NCBI GenBank assembly: GCA_905478795.1
Contig: CAJQJX010000006.1
Span: 1,254-65,253, forward strand
Source of the DNA: an uncultured Flavobacteriales bacterium
Lineage (GTDB): Bacteria; Bacteroidota; Bacteroidia; Flavobacteriales_D; Sanyastnellaceae
DNA length: 64,000 nt
Reading direction: 5' to 3'
Shown: piece after piece, positions 1 to 8,600 of the stretch
How positions within the stretch are numbered: the stretch's first letter is position 1
How the letters are laid out: every line of letters begins with the position of its first letter
Made by a program: the position numbers and the translations under genes
The notes under the pieces: model-generated
Database searches by the model: none
What the model saw: only the letters and a program-made list of their open reading frames with translations
What the model was told of the DNA's origin: nothing

Positions 1-571
1 GGCATTCGGGATGCTTGGGGTTGAGGATAGCAAATGCCTCCGGCAAAGTCTCACCGGGGAGGTGGTGGTCACAAATGATGACATCGATGCCCAGTGCATT
101 GGCCTCGGCCACACGTTCCGTAGCCCGGATGCCGCAATCAAGGGTAATGATGATGGAGCAACCTGATTCTGCCGCACGCTGCACGCCTTGAGAAGAAAGT
201 CCGTACCCCTCGCTGTAGCGATCGGGGATGTAAGGCAACACCTCAAATCCGTTGTTGCGCAGAAAGTCGTGAATCAGCGATACCGAGGTGGCTCCGTCCA
301 CGTCATAGTCGCCGTAGGCCATGATGCACTCCCCATTGCGCTGGGCTGTCATGATCCGGTCTACGGCGCGGTCCATGTGGCGCATCTCGGATGGATCGTG
401 CAACTCTTCCAAGCTGGGATGGAAAAAAGAGGAGGTCAGATTGTCGGAAATCCCCCTCAATTCGAGCAGGCGTGCAACCACCCCATTGGTGCTGTCGTTG
501 CCTAATTGGAGCAGGTCACGCGCAGTGCGTGGGGACCAATCAGCAGGGGGTATGTGGGGTTGACGGGTCAT
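1..571 (-). CDS. recJ: single-stranded-DNA-specific exonuclease RecJ, N-terminal part (gene runs off the left edge)
   Basis: My own reverse translation from ATG (complement of 569-571) gives MTRQPHIPPADW..HPSLEELHDPSEM..IMAYGDYDVDGATSVSL..YIPDRYSEGYGLS..ITLDCGI..VIICDHHLPGE. These are the DHH-family motifs in RecJ order. It is missing from the ORF track only because the window edge truncates it. Confidence 0.85.
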   Translation of the reverse strand, partial: MTRQPHIPPADWSPRTARDLLQLGNDSTNGVVARLLELRGISDNLTSSFFHPSLEELHDPSEMRHMDRAVDRIMTAQRNGECIMAYGDYDVDGATSVSLIHDFLRNNGFEVLPYIPDRYSEGYGLSSQGVQRAAESGCSIIITLDCGIRATERVAEANALGIDVIICDHHLPGETLPEAFAILNPKHPEC

Positions 572-673
572 TTCGTGGGGGCACCTTCACAATGGAATGG
601 ACACGGATTGAGGGAAATACCACGCTAAATCCGTCCTGACTCCCTTAAATTGCGCAGCTTGAAAGATACAACG

Positions 674-1633
674 ATGACCTCGTATCACCTCCCTTCCTTC
701 TCCCTGATGCTCATGGCCGCTGCGGCGTTGCTCTTTGGATCATCCTGTCTCAACGACGACAACCTCATCGGACCCAATTGCTTTGATGGCATTTTGAACA
801 ACGGTGAGGAACTCGTGGACTGTGGCGGTTCAATTTGTCAGCCTTGTGACCCTTGTGAAAACGGCGTGTGGGATCAGGTCCTTGGTGAGCAGTGGGTGGA
901 CTGTGGAGGTGAATGCGCTCCTTGCGACGTGAACTTCAATGGACAGTTGGACCCAGGGGAAACCGGGATTGATTGTGGGGGAGAAACCGGCATTGATTGC
1001 GGTGAACTCTGCGGAGATGGCTTGCTCAACGGCAACGAGATCGACGTTGACTGTGGCGGGCCTGACTGCGAGGTCTGCCCCAGCTGTGAAGACGGCTTGC
1101 TCAATGGCGAAGAATTGGGAATTGACTGCGGCGGGCCAGATTGTGCGCCCTGCGCGACAGATGGAGACTGTACCAATGGATTGTTGGATGGAGACGAGCT
1201 CTACATCGATTGTGGTGGCACGATTTGCCCTCCTTGTGATGGCAACATGGACTGGAAGGCCAACGGCACGGACATTATTGCGGACTTTGAGACCTCTTGT
1301 AGCTTGAGCGGCACAACGCTCACCATTGGCGGAATTTCTGTCACCACCGACGGCATTGCGATGACCTTACCGGAGCCCTCTGTAGGATGGTTGGACGGCG
1401 CCCAAATCACGCTGAACGAAGCCAGTGCGCCTACTGGAGTGTGCACCTATAACAGCCCTATGGGGACATACACCTCTTCAATGCCCGGTTCCAACTTCAC
1501 CGTTGAAATCCTCTACATCTTGCCAGAGAGTGGCGGCATTGTGGTGGGCACCTTCGGAGGTAGCCTGATTGGAAGTGACGGCACGGGTGGCATTTCTATC
1601 ACCCAGGGCACCTTCCTGCTCCCGATCAACTGA
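674..1633 (+). CDS. secreted lipoprotein with six cysteine-rich DCGG repeats and a C-terminal beta-rich domain (function unknown)
   Basis: ORF 650-1633. ATG at 674 gives MTSYHLPSFSLMLMAAAALLFGSSC, a signal peptide plus lipobox Cys. Six repeats of the form NG-E-x-(V/I)DCGG-x-C-x2-C follow, then about 130 aa rich in G/T/S. Confidence 0.75.
   Translation: MTSYHLPSFSLMLMAAAALLFGSSCLNDDNLIGPNCFDGILNNGEELVDCGGSICQPCDPCENGVWDQVLGEQWVDCGGECAPCDVNFNGQLDPGETGIDCGGETGIDCGELCGDGLLNGNEIDVDCGGPDCEVCPSCEDGLLNGEELGIDCGGPDCAPCATDGDCTNGLLDGDELYIDCGGTICPPCDGNMDWKANGTDIIADFETSCSLSGTTLTIGGISVTTDGIAMTLPEPSVGWLDGAQITLNEASAPTGVCTYNSPMGTYTSSMPGSNFTVEILYILPESGGIVVGTFGGSLIGSDGTGGISITQGTFLLPIN
779..1237 (+). repeat. 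six tandem 22-27 aa cysteine-knot repeats (coding)
   Basis: Repeat cores are VDCGGSICQPC, VDCGGECAPC, IDCGGETGIDCGELC, VDCGGPDCEVC, IDCGGPDCAPC and IDCGGTICPPC. Each is preceded by an acidic NG-E/D stretch. Confidence 0.8.
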
Positions 1634-2590
1634 TCATTCATCCAACAGGTCGTACAGCCCACCTAGTTTTGGGCTGAGGACCACTTCAATCCTGCGGTTT
1701 TTATTGCGGTCTGAGGCGTCGCGCGGATGAAATTCGCTGCGTCCTGCCGCGGTCAACAGTTCCGGTTTGAGGGAGCTCGACGCGGTGAGAACCTGCACCA
1801 CTGCCGTGGCGCGCAGCACGCTTAATTCCCAATTGTTCTTTGGAGAATTCGGCGAATTAAAGGCGACATCGTCGGTGTGGCCTTCGACGACCACCTCAAA
1901 ACCTTCTTCGTTTTCAATGGCCTTGGCCAAGTCGGATAGGGCCCGGCGTCCTTCTGGGTCGATGGCTGTACTTCCGGAGGCAAATAACAGTTTGGAAGCC
2001 AAGCGAACGTAAACCTTACCGTCCCTTTCCTCTACCTCAAGTCCTTTGTTTCGGAAGGCAAAAAGCGCATTGGAAAGTCTGGCCCGAAGCGCTTCCCCCG
2101 CAGCCTTTTGAGACTCGAGCATGCTGCTGAGCTCCGATACTTTGGCCTCCCGAGCCCGAAGGTCTTGCTCCAAGGCGTAGAGGCTGTCTTGTTGGAACTG
2201 TAGGTTGGCCCGAATCCGCTGCAATTCTTCGAGCAGTGCCGCCTGCTCACTGCCGCTGGCGGACCGGTTTTGGTCCAGCTCTGAAGTAAGCAAGGCATTG
2301 AGCTTCTCCAGTTCACCGTTGCGGATCTGGCACTGCCTGAGCTGGCTCCCGCGCGCAGAAGTGTCTGCTCGGAGCGCTTCCATACGCCGCCCATCTTCGC
2401 GGGCTTGGCCGTCTTTCTCGGAGACAGCAAGGCGCAATTCCTGAACCTGCTCCGTCAAAGTGGCGACGTCAGCATCAAGTAGGTCGCGGTCATCGCGCAC
2501 CTCGGTGAACTGGCTCATAGGCACACATCCGCCAAGCAGGAGGGTGGCCAGAGACATCGAAAAGAAAGAAAGGCGGAAGGGACGAAACAT
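1634..2590 (-). CDS. OmpA/MotB-family peptidoglycan-binding lipoprotein with long coiled coil
   Basis: The N-terminus SLATLLLGGC is a lipobox. About 170 aa are heptad-rich (Q/E/L/R). The C-terminus reads GHTDDV..NWELSVLRATAVV..AAGRSEF..NRRIEVVL, the OmpA-like domain signature. Confidence 0.85.
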   Translation of the reverse strand: MFRPFRLSFFSMSLATLLLGGCVPMSQFTEVRDDRDLLDADVATLTEQVQELRLAVSEKDGQAREDGRRMEALRADTSARGSQLRQCQIRNGELEKLNALLTSELDQNRSASGSEQAALLEELQRIRANLQFQQDSLYALEQDLRAREAKVSELSSMLESQKAAGEALRARLSNALFAFRNKGLEVEERDGKVYVRLASKLLFASGSTAIDPEGRRALSDLAKAIENEEGFEVVVEGHTDDVAFNSPNSPKNNWELSVLRATAVVQVLTASSSLKPELLTAAGRSEFHPRDASDRNKNRRIEVVLSPKLGGLYDLLDE

Positions 2591-2594
2591 ACCG

Positions 2595-2602
2595 TCAAGT
2601 TG
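2595..2602 (-). promoter_or_regulatory. -7-like box CAACTTGA, 4 nt upstream of the OmpA-family ATG
   Basis: The minus strand reads CAACTTGA-CGGT-ATG. This is a weaker variant (C at position 1) of the octamer described in the findings. Confidence 0.2.
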
Positions 2603-2679
2603 CCACGCGCTCAGTGACCTACGGCCTTAGGCCAATGGACATACGCAACAACCACTGTGGATTGTGTGGCAAAGCCGGT

Positions 2680-4128
2680 CTAGAGCTGAATGCAGACGTT
2701 TTGAGGCTCGGTGAAGAACCGCATGCTGTTGTAGCCCCCTTCGCGGCCCACCCCTGAATGCCGGGTGCCTCCAAAAGGCGTGCGGAGGTCGCGAACAAGC
2801 CAACAATTGAGCCAGACCATACCGGTGTCGATTCCTGCGGCAAAACGGTGCGCACGCTTTAAGTCTTGGGTCCAAACGGAGGCCGACAGACCATACTTTG
2901 TCGCATTGACAAGGCCCAAGGCCTCCTGCTCATCTTTGAAGGGTTGCAGCGTCGCCACCGGCCCAAAAATCTCTTCGCGGTTTGTCACACAAGTGTGGTC
3001 CAAGCCTTCAATGAGGGTAGGCTGAACAAAAAACCCGCCCTTGAGTCGGGGCTCTCCCGGTTGGTGTCGCCCACCTCCGCAAAGAATCCGTCCACCTTCA
3101 CCGCGGGCGGTATCAATGGCGGCCAGCACCTTGTCGCGGTGACCCCGCGAGACGACTGCGCCCATTCTTGTGGCGGGATCCATGGGGTCTCCAATCCTCA
3201 ACTTGGACACTTTGGCGACCATGGCGTCCCTAAATCGGTCGTAGATCCCCTCCTGAATGAGGATGCGAGAGCCACACAGGCAGATTTGCCCTTGGTTGGA
3301 GAATGCCGCACGAATGGCAGTGGAGACCGCTTCGTCAAAGTCACAGTCGTCAAAAACGACCGTGGCATTTTTTCCGCCCAATTCCAATGAGAGTTTCTTG
3401 AATTTTGGAGCGGCCAGGGCAGAAATGGCCGCGCCCGTGGCGGTTCCGCCGGTAAAGGAAATGGCCCGCACATAGTGGTGCTCGACCATGGCTTGCCCCA
3501 CCTCAGGTCCCAGGCCGTGCAAGATGTTGAGCACGCCATCTGGGAAGCCCACTTCTTTTGCCCAAGTCCCGAGCAGATAAGCCGTCATGGGCGTCACTTC
3601 GCTGGGCTTGGCCACAACGCAATTCCCGCTGGCTAGGGCGGGCGCAATTTTCCAAGTGAACAGGTACAGGGGCAAGTTCCAAGGGCTGATACACCCTACG
3701 ACGCCGAGGGGTTTGCGCAAGGTGTAGTTGACCGTGCCGTCTCCCATCGTATGGCTCTCGCTCGAAAACTGCTCTGCGGCAGAGGCGTAGAAGCGCAGGT
3801 TGTGTTCCGCACGGGGAATGTCCACGGCAGCGGCGACCGATATGGGTTTGCCGTTGTCACGGGCCTCGGCTTCCGCGAGCATGGCTGCATTTTCTGCGAC
3901 TTTGTCGGCCAGGCGCATGAGGAGGGCGCGGCGGTCCGCAGGACTCCAAGCCCTCCATTCCGGGAATGCGCGGCGCGCAGCATCCACGGCGGCTTCCACG
4001 TCATCCGAGCCTGAACGCGGCATGCGGTTGTAATTGGAACCGGTGGCCGGTTCCACATTGTCGAGCCATTCACCGCCGAGGGCAGGTTGAAGTTGGCCGT
4101 TGATCAAGTTGAGGATGTCCTGTTCCAT
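2680..4128 (-). CDS. NAD-dependent aldehyde dehydrogenase (2-hydroxy/2-aminomuconic semialdehyde dehydrogenase-like)
   Basis: 482 aa. Motifs present are ISPWNLP, VAKPSE, ELGGKN and the catalytic QGQICLCGSR. The C-terminus PFGGTRHSGVGREGG..FFTEPQNVCIQL is typical of the HMSD/AMSDH subgroup. Confidence 0.9.
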   Translation of the reverse strand: MEQDILNLINGQLQPALGGEWLDNVEPATGSNYNRMPRSGSDDVEAAVDAARRAFPEWRAWSPADRRALLMRLADKVAENAAMLAEAEARDNGKPISVAAAVDIPRAEHNLRFYASAAEQFSSESHTMGDGTVNYTLRKPLGVVGCISPWNLPLYLFTWKIAPALASGNCVVAKPSEVTPMTAYLLGTWAKEVGFPDGVLNILHGLGPEVGQAMVEHHYVRAISFTGGTATGAAISALAAPKFKKLSLELGGKNATVVFDDCDFDEAVSTAIRAAFSNQGQICLCGSRILIQEGIYDRFRDAMVAKVSKLRIGDPMDPATRMGAVVSRGHRDKVLAAIDTARGEGGRILCGGGRHQPGEPRLKGGFFVQPTLIEGLDHTCVTNREEIFGPVATLQPFKDEQEALGLVNATKYGLSASVWTQDLKRAHRFAAGIDTGMVWLNCWLVRDLRTPFGGTRHSGVGREGGYNSMRFFTEPQNVCIQL

Positions 4129-4160
4129 TGAATTCGCCTTGGGCGCACAAGGTGGGGACT

Positions 4161-4197
4161 AAAATGAAAAAGACCGGTCACATATGTGCCGGTCTTC
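4161..4197 (-). terminator. rho-independent terminator downstream of tRNA-Gln
   Basis: The minus strand reads GAAGACCGG-CACATATGTGA-CCGGTCTT followed by TTTCATTTT. This is an 8-9 bp GC-rich stem plus a T tract. Confidence 0.6.
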
Positions 4198-4230
4198 GTG
4201 CGATTGCATTGACTTTCGTCTTGCACTTCG

Positions 4231-4304
4231 TGGTTGCCCCACAAGGACTCGAACCTTGACAAACGGTACCAAAAACCGGTGTGCTACCATTACACCATGG
4301 GGCA
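4231..4304 (-). tRNA. tRNA-Gln (anticodon UUG)
   Basis: I folded the 74-nt cloverleaf by hand. The acceptor stem is UGCCCCA/UGGGGCA, followed by discriminator A and an encoded CCA. The D stem is GUGU/GCAC. The anticodon stem is CCGGU/ACCGU and the loop is UU-UUG-GU. The T arm is CAAGG-UUCGAGU-CCUUG. Confidence 0.88.
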
Positions 4305-4377
4305 TTCCGCGAAGAATGGACGGCGAAATTACGAAAAGCGTCTTTTCTGACCACATACTTCGTGGTCTTCGGTGCCA

Positions 4378-5514
4378 TCAATCTTCATTTAGTGGTTCAA
4401 CCACCTCGATGAGCGTCTCGATTAATGCCTCAAGTTGTGTGATTCGGTCGTTCAAATTGGCAAGGGTGTCTTGCAAGTTGATTCCAGCAAAATCAAGGTT
4501 TCCAGCCAATGTGGCATTGCCCATGTCATCTACAGAGAAGGCGTCAGACCGGTCATTCACTGAGGTTCCATTGCCAATCGTAAACAAGGTGTTGGGCAGG
4601 GCCTCGGCATTGTACTTGCCCACAACGGTCTGATACGGTTGGCTGGCCACGGTATAGTACCCTCCAGCACTTGAGGCGTAGCCGCTTGCGAGTGTCTCAT
4701 AGCCTTCTGCGTGTCCAGAAAACCCAGATGCCACAGTGTAGAACCCCTCGCTGTGAGAGGCATCTGCGGTGGCTTGTGTCCCTTCTCCTTCTGCATGGGC
4801 ACAAGTGGCGCTGGCCAAGGTGTTGCGGTTAGAACTGTGGCTAAAAAAGCCGGTTGCGGCAGTGTTGTAGCCTTCGGCGTGGGCCGAGGTGTTGGTGGCT
4901 TGGCAGCCATACCCTTCACTGTGGGCATAGTTCGCCAAGGCTTTGGTATTGTATCCCTGGGCATGAGCCGTTGTGCCTGTGGCGTCGGTAAACATGCCTT
5001 GTGCATGTGAAGCGGTACCCGTGGCTTCTGAACCCTCGCCCATGGCGCTGGAACAGGTACCACTCGCCGTTGTGTTGCGGTTGGTCGCATGGCTGTATTG
5101 GCCGGTGGCATCCGCACCATCTCCCAGCGCCGAAGCAAAGGATCCCGTGGCGGTCACATTGCGGCCCTGTGCAAGTTGTTCTGTGATGCGCATGCGTCCT
5201 TCTGCCCATGACCAGACATAAGAGTTGATGCCAACGGTCGTGGTAGAGTCTGACAAGTAGCTGATGCCGAGAGAGACCCTGGCAGAATCAGCAGAAGAGG
5301 CTCCCGTACCTCCGCTTTCGATGCCCAAAACGCCTTCATCCTCCCAAGGCAATCCAAAGAGCGTCAGCAACTGCAATACATCTCCTGTTCCGATGAGGGT
5401 GTCGCCATCAGCATTGGGGTTATAGGGCCATTGGGCATTCGACATGCTGGGCGCAGCAACAACCATCAGCAACGCGAGGATCAAAGTGGTCGGTTTGGGA
5501 AAAGGCGTGGTCAT
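4378..5514 (-). CDS. secreted fibre-like protein with YadA-head/Hep_Hag-like 14-residue repeats and a C-terminal coiled coil
   Basis: ORF 4378-5562. The ATG at 5514 gives the signal peptide MTTPFPKPTTLILALLMVVAAPSMSNA-QW. The upstream part of the ORF contains the adhesin terminator. Twelve 14-aa repeats of the type SHAEGYNT-ATG follow. Then comes the FTIGNGTS..RSDAFSV..GN neck-like motif and the heptads LQDTLANLNDRITQLEALIETLIE. Confidence 0.75.
   Translation of the reverse strand: MTTPFPKPTTLILALLMVVAAPSMSNAQWPYNPNADGDTLIGTGDVLQLLTLFGLPWEDEGVLGIESGGTGASSADSARVSLGISYLSDSTTTVGINSYVWSWAEGRMRITEQLAQGRNVTATGSFASALGDGADATGQYSHATNRNTTASGTCSSAMGEGSEATGTASHAQGMFTDATGTTAHAQGYNTKALANYAHSEGYGCQATNTSAHAEGYNTAATGFFSHSSNRNTLASATCAHAEGEGTQATADASHSEGFYTVASGFSGHAEGYETLASGYASSAGGYYTVASQPYQTVVGKYNAEALPNTLFTIGNGTSVNDRSDAFSVDDMGNATLAGNLDFAGINLQDTLANLNDRITQLEALIETLIEVVEPLNED
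4642..5160 (-). repeat. 12 consecutive 14-residue repeats (coding)
   Basis: Register: NVTATGSFASALGD / GADATGQYSHATNR / NTTASGTCSSAMGE / GSEATGTASHAQGM / FTDATGTTAHAQGY / NTKALANYAHSEGY / GCQATNTSAHAEGY / NTAATGFFSHSSNR / NTLASATCAHAEGE / GTQATADASHSEGF / YTVASGFSGHAEGY / ETLASGYASSAGGY. Confidence 0.8.
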
Positions 5515-5519
5515 AAAGA

Positions 5520-5527
5520 GAAAATTA
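5520..5527 (-). promoter_or_regulatory. -7-like box TAATTTTC, 5 nt upstream of the fibre-protein ATG
   Basis: The minus strand reads TAATTTTC-TCTTT-ATG(5514). It lies immediately downstream of the adhesin terminator. Confidence 0.3.
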
Positions 5528-5550
5528 AGCCAGAGGAGAAATGTTCGCAG

Positions 5551-5583
5551 AAAAAAGGACACCGCCCGGTAAGAGCGGTGTCC
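5551..5583 (-). terminator. rho-independent terminator of the giant adhesin gene
   Basis: The minus strand reads GGACACCGC-TCTTACCGG-GCGGTGTCC-TTTTTT. This is a perfect 9-bp stem, a 9-nt loop and a T6 tract, about 60 nt after the stop at 5644. Confidence 0.65.
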
Positions 5584-5643
5584 GGATTCACCAAAGAACA
5601 GAGGGTCTTTGGAGTTTTCTGCTGATTTGTTGGTCCTTCTAAT

Positions 5644-8600
5644 TTATTCGGTGACCATGAATTGCTTCACGATGCTGCACTCATTGGAGATGATGCGCAC
5701 CTGGTAAACACCGCTTTCGAGCTGGGCTGCGTTGATGTCGATCATGTACATCTGGTCCTTATTGACATGACCGTTGAACAGTGGCGAGACCAGCATGCCT
5801 GCTGCATCGTAGAGGTTCACATTGATCCTCATGGGCTGCAAGACGTTGAATCCGATTTGAGCAAAGTCCTGGGTCGGGTTCGGAACGATGTTCGACACCT
5901 GGATGTCACCGCGGTTTTGAGAAGAAGCCATGGAAGGTGTGAAGTCGCTGACGCCGGCGTTGCCGCCTGTGCCTACGAAGCCTGATTCAGGATCGGCACA
6001 CACCTCGCCGGTTACGTTCACTGTATATCCGAACTCGGCTTGGTTGCCACTGCAGTCCGTGGCGGTATAGTCGTATTCGAACTGGTAAGGCAAGGTGCAA
6101 TCAAGGTCACCGAAGAAGTCACCAGATCCCATCACCGGGGTGTTGGCGAACATGCCTGAGAAAGTGAACCAACCGCTGTAGCCATAGTGGCTGTTCATGT
6201 TGTTGGCACCGAGTCCAACCTGGAAGCGGTAGAACTGGTTGGCAGGCTGGTGCGTGCAGGTGAGGAAGCTTCCATCATAGTCGCCCCAACCGGTCATGGT
6301 GCCGTTTGCAAGGAACCAGTACATCCAGTCTTCGTGGTTGTCCTCCAATGCCTCGCAGTCCAGTTTGTAGCTGGTAGGGAACGACTGGTTCGACCATGTG
6401 TCGTAGTCCATGCCATCTTCTAGAGTGATCGAGACGTTCCAACCCGCGTCTGGGTTGTCATTGGCAACAATGGTCTTCTCGATGACCCAATCTCCGTTGG
6501 ACATCTGGCTTACCACTCCTTCGCCGATCGTGGAGTAGAACTCCGCACCAGCAAAGTTGAAGAGGCGCACAGCGTGCACTTCGTATCCATTGCAGGTCTC
6601 CTCAGCGCTGTATGCCTCTGGCGTCACGGTGGTGCAGTACTGCAAAACGCTGTCGTTTGGCGCAAAGGCACCAACAGCAGTCGTTGTCAACGCAATGGAC
6701 ACCTCTCCTTCACAGTTGTCGGCAGCGCTCACGTCGCAAGCATCGGTCTCAGGAGTCAAGCTGTCTCCAGTGAAATCGTCTGCACAAACGTCGACCGTGG
6801 CACCATCGTCAATGCCGCACACGTTGAGGAACTCAGGGGCCTCATCGTCCAGCACCGTCACAGTGATGGTGGCTTGGGACATGTTGCCGCAATCGTCAGC
6901 GGTCATGTAGCTGTATGTCAAGGTCGCATTGCCGCACACATCTTGATTGGTGGTGTCCACCGAGGTCATCAAGAAGGGGGAGTCGTCACAAGCATCGATG
7001 CTAACGGCTGCAATGGCAGGCACGTCGGCAAGGCAAGAGACCACAGTGTCGACCGCAGCAGTGCCGTCACCGAAGGTCAAGGCCAATTCAGGAGCGGTTT
7101 CATCTACAACGGTGATTTCCTGCGTCCATGTGGTCGCATTTCCGGCGCAATCGCTGGCTTCCCATGTGCGGAAGAGCGTGTAGCTGTTCTCACAGTCCCC
7201 ATCCTCAGACGTTTCGCCCAAGTATGCATAGCTCAACGCGTCGTCGCAGTTGTCGTCAGCCTGAAGCGCCGTAAGGGCTTCGGGCATGGGCACCGCGTCA
7301 CAAGCCACCGTTGTGTCCATAGGACCGGTCGTGAAGCTTGGGGCCGTGGTGTCCACCACAGTGATGACCTGGGTGTGGCTAATGCCATTTCCGGCGCAGT
7401 CCTCGACGGACCAAACACGGGTGATGGTGTAGTCCAACGGGCACAGGTCTTCGTCCGCGAGCGTCTCCGTCATGGTGACGTTGAGGGCGGGGTCGCAGTT
7501 GTCTGTAGCTGTCAGGGTGGGTGCCATCGGAATGTCATCGCAAGAAGCGGTGGCATCTGCGGGCAGGTCCTCGTTGAATGCGGGGTCAGTCTCGTCAATC
7601 AAGGTGATGATCTGATCGACCGTCTTGTTGTTGCCGCATTCATCGACGGCGTTCCAAGTCCGCACCAATTCTGCTGTTCCAGCGCATCCGTCGAACAACG
7701 TAATGGAGTCCGTGTAGGTGATGTCCACCTCGGGGTCACAGTTGTCCATGGCTTCGGCAGCACCCAGGCTTCCCACGCTGTAGTCGTTGTCGCAAGACAG
7801 GGTCGTGTCTTGTGGAATCAGCGTGAATTCAGGAGCCTCTGTGTCGATCAAGTCGATGGATTGAATGAGCGTGTCGCTGTTGCCACACTGGTCCGTGGCC
7901 ACATACGTGCGCAAGTAGCTTCCGGCGCATGATCCGCTGAATTCCTCGTCAGAAAGGAGCTCCAGTTGTACTGTAGCATCGCAGTTGTCAGAGACCGTGG
8001 CGTAGAGGGTGTCCATGCCCCACTCCGTGCAAGGAATGTCCAGCTGGAGCGGTCCAGAAATCACGGGAGCAGTCGTATCGACCACCGTGACCACCTGAAC
8101 GTGCGACAACTGGTTTCCTGCACAGTCGCTCACGCTCCACGTGCGGGTAATCGTCATGCCTTGAGGGCAGTCTCCGCCTTCGCTGGCTTCTGCAAACACC
8201 ACTTCAATGCTGTCGTCGCAGTTGTCTGTGGCTTCCATCACCGCAGCAGCTGGAACAGACTCGCAGGACACAGTGGTGTCGGCTGGAGCGTCCGTGAGCC
8301 ACGTTGGAGCAAACTCGTCGGTGACCGTGATGGTTTGAGACAGGCTGGTGGAATTGCCACAAGCGTCGGTCGCGGTCCATGTGCGGATCAGCACCTGTGT
8401 GCCAGGGCACTCCTCAGCTCCAAGGATTTCCTCCTCAAAGCTGATGGTGGGGCTGGCATCACATCCGTCCGCTGCAGCGAGGTCCGCCACGGCAGGAATG
8501 TCAAAGCAAGGCACGGTCACGTCTTCTGGAAGGGGATCCACAAACTCAGGAGCTGTGATGTCTTCCTGCGCAATCGTTTGATCGCAGCTGGTAGAACTCT

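Noticed and set aside
188-639. Three short plus-strand ORFs (188-505, 321-563, 391-639)
   Set aside because: They are antisense to the clearly recognisable recJ N-terminus, which the ORF track omits because it is truncated by the window edge.
6574-7932. 452-aa plus-strand ORF, and many other 60-300 aa plus-strand ORFs between 5662 and 14998
   Set aside because: All lie inside the 9.3-kb adhesin ORF on the opposite strand. Their translations are low-complexity (V/G/R/H/S). The adhesin frame carries clear repeats, a signal peptide and a sorting domain.
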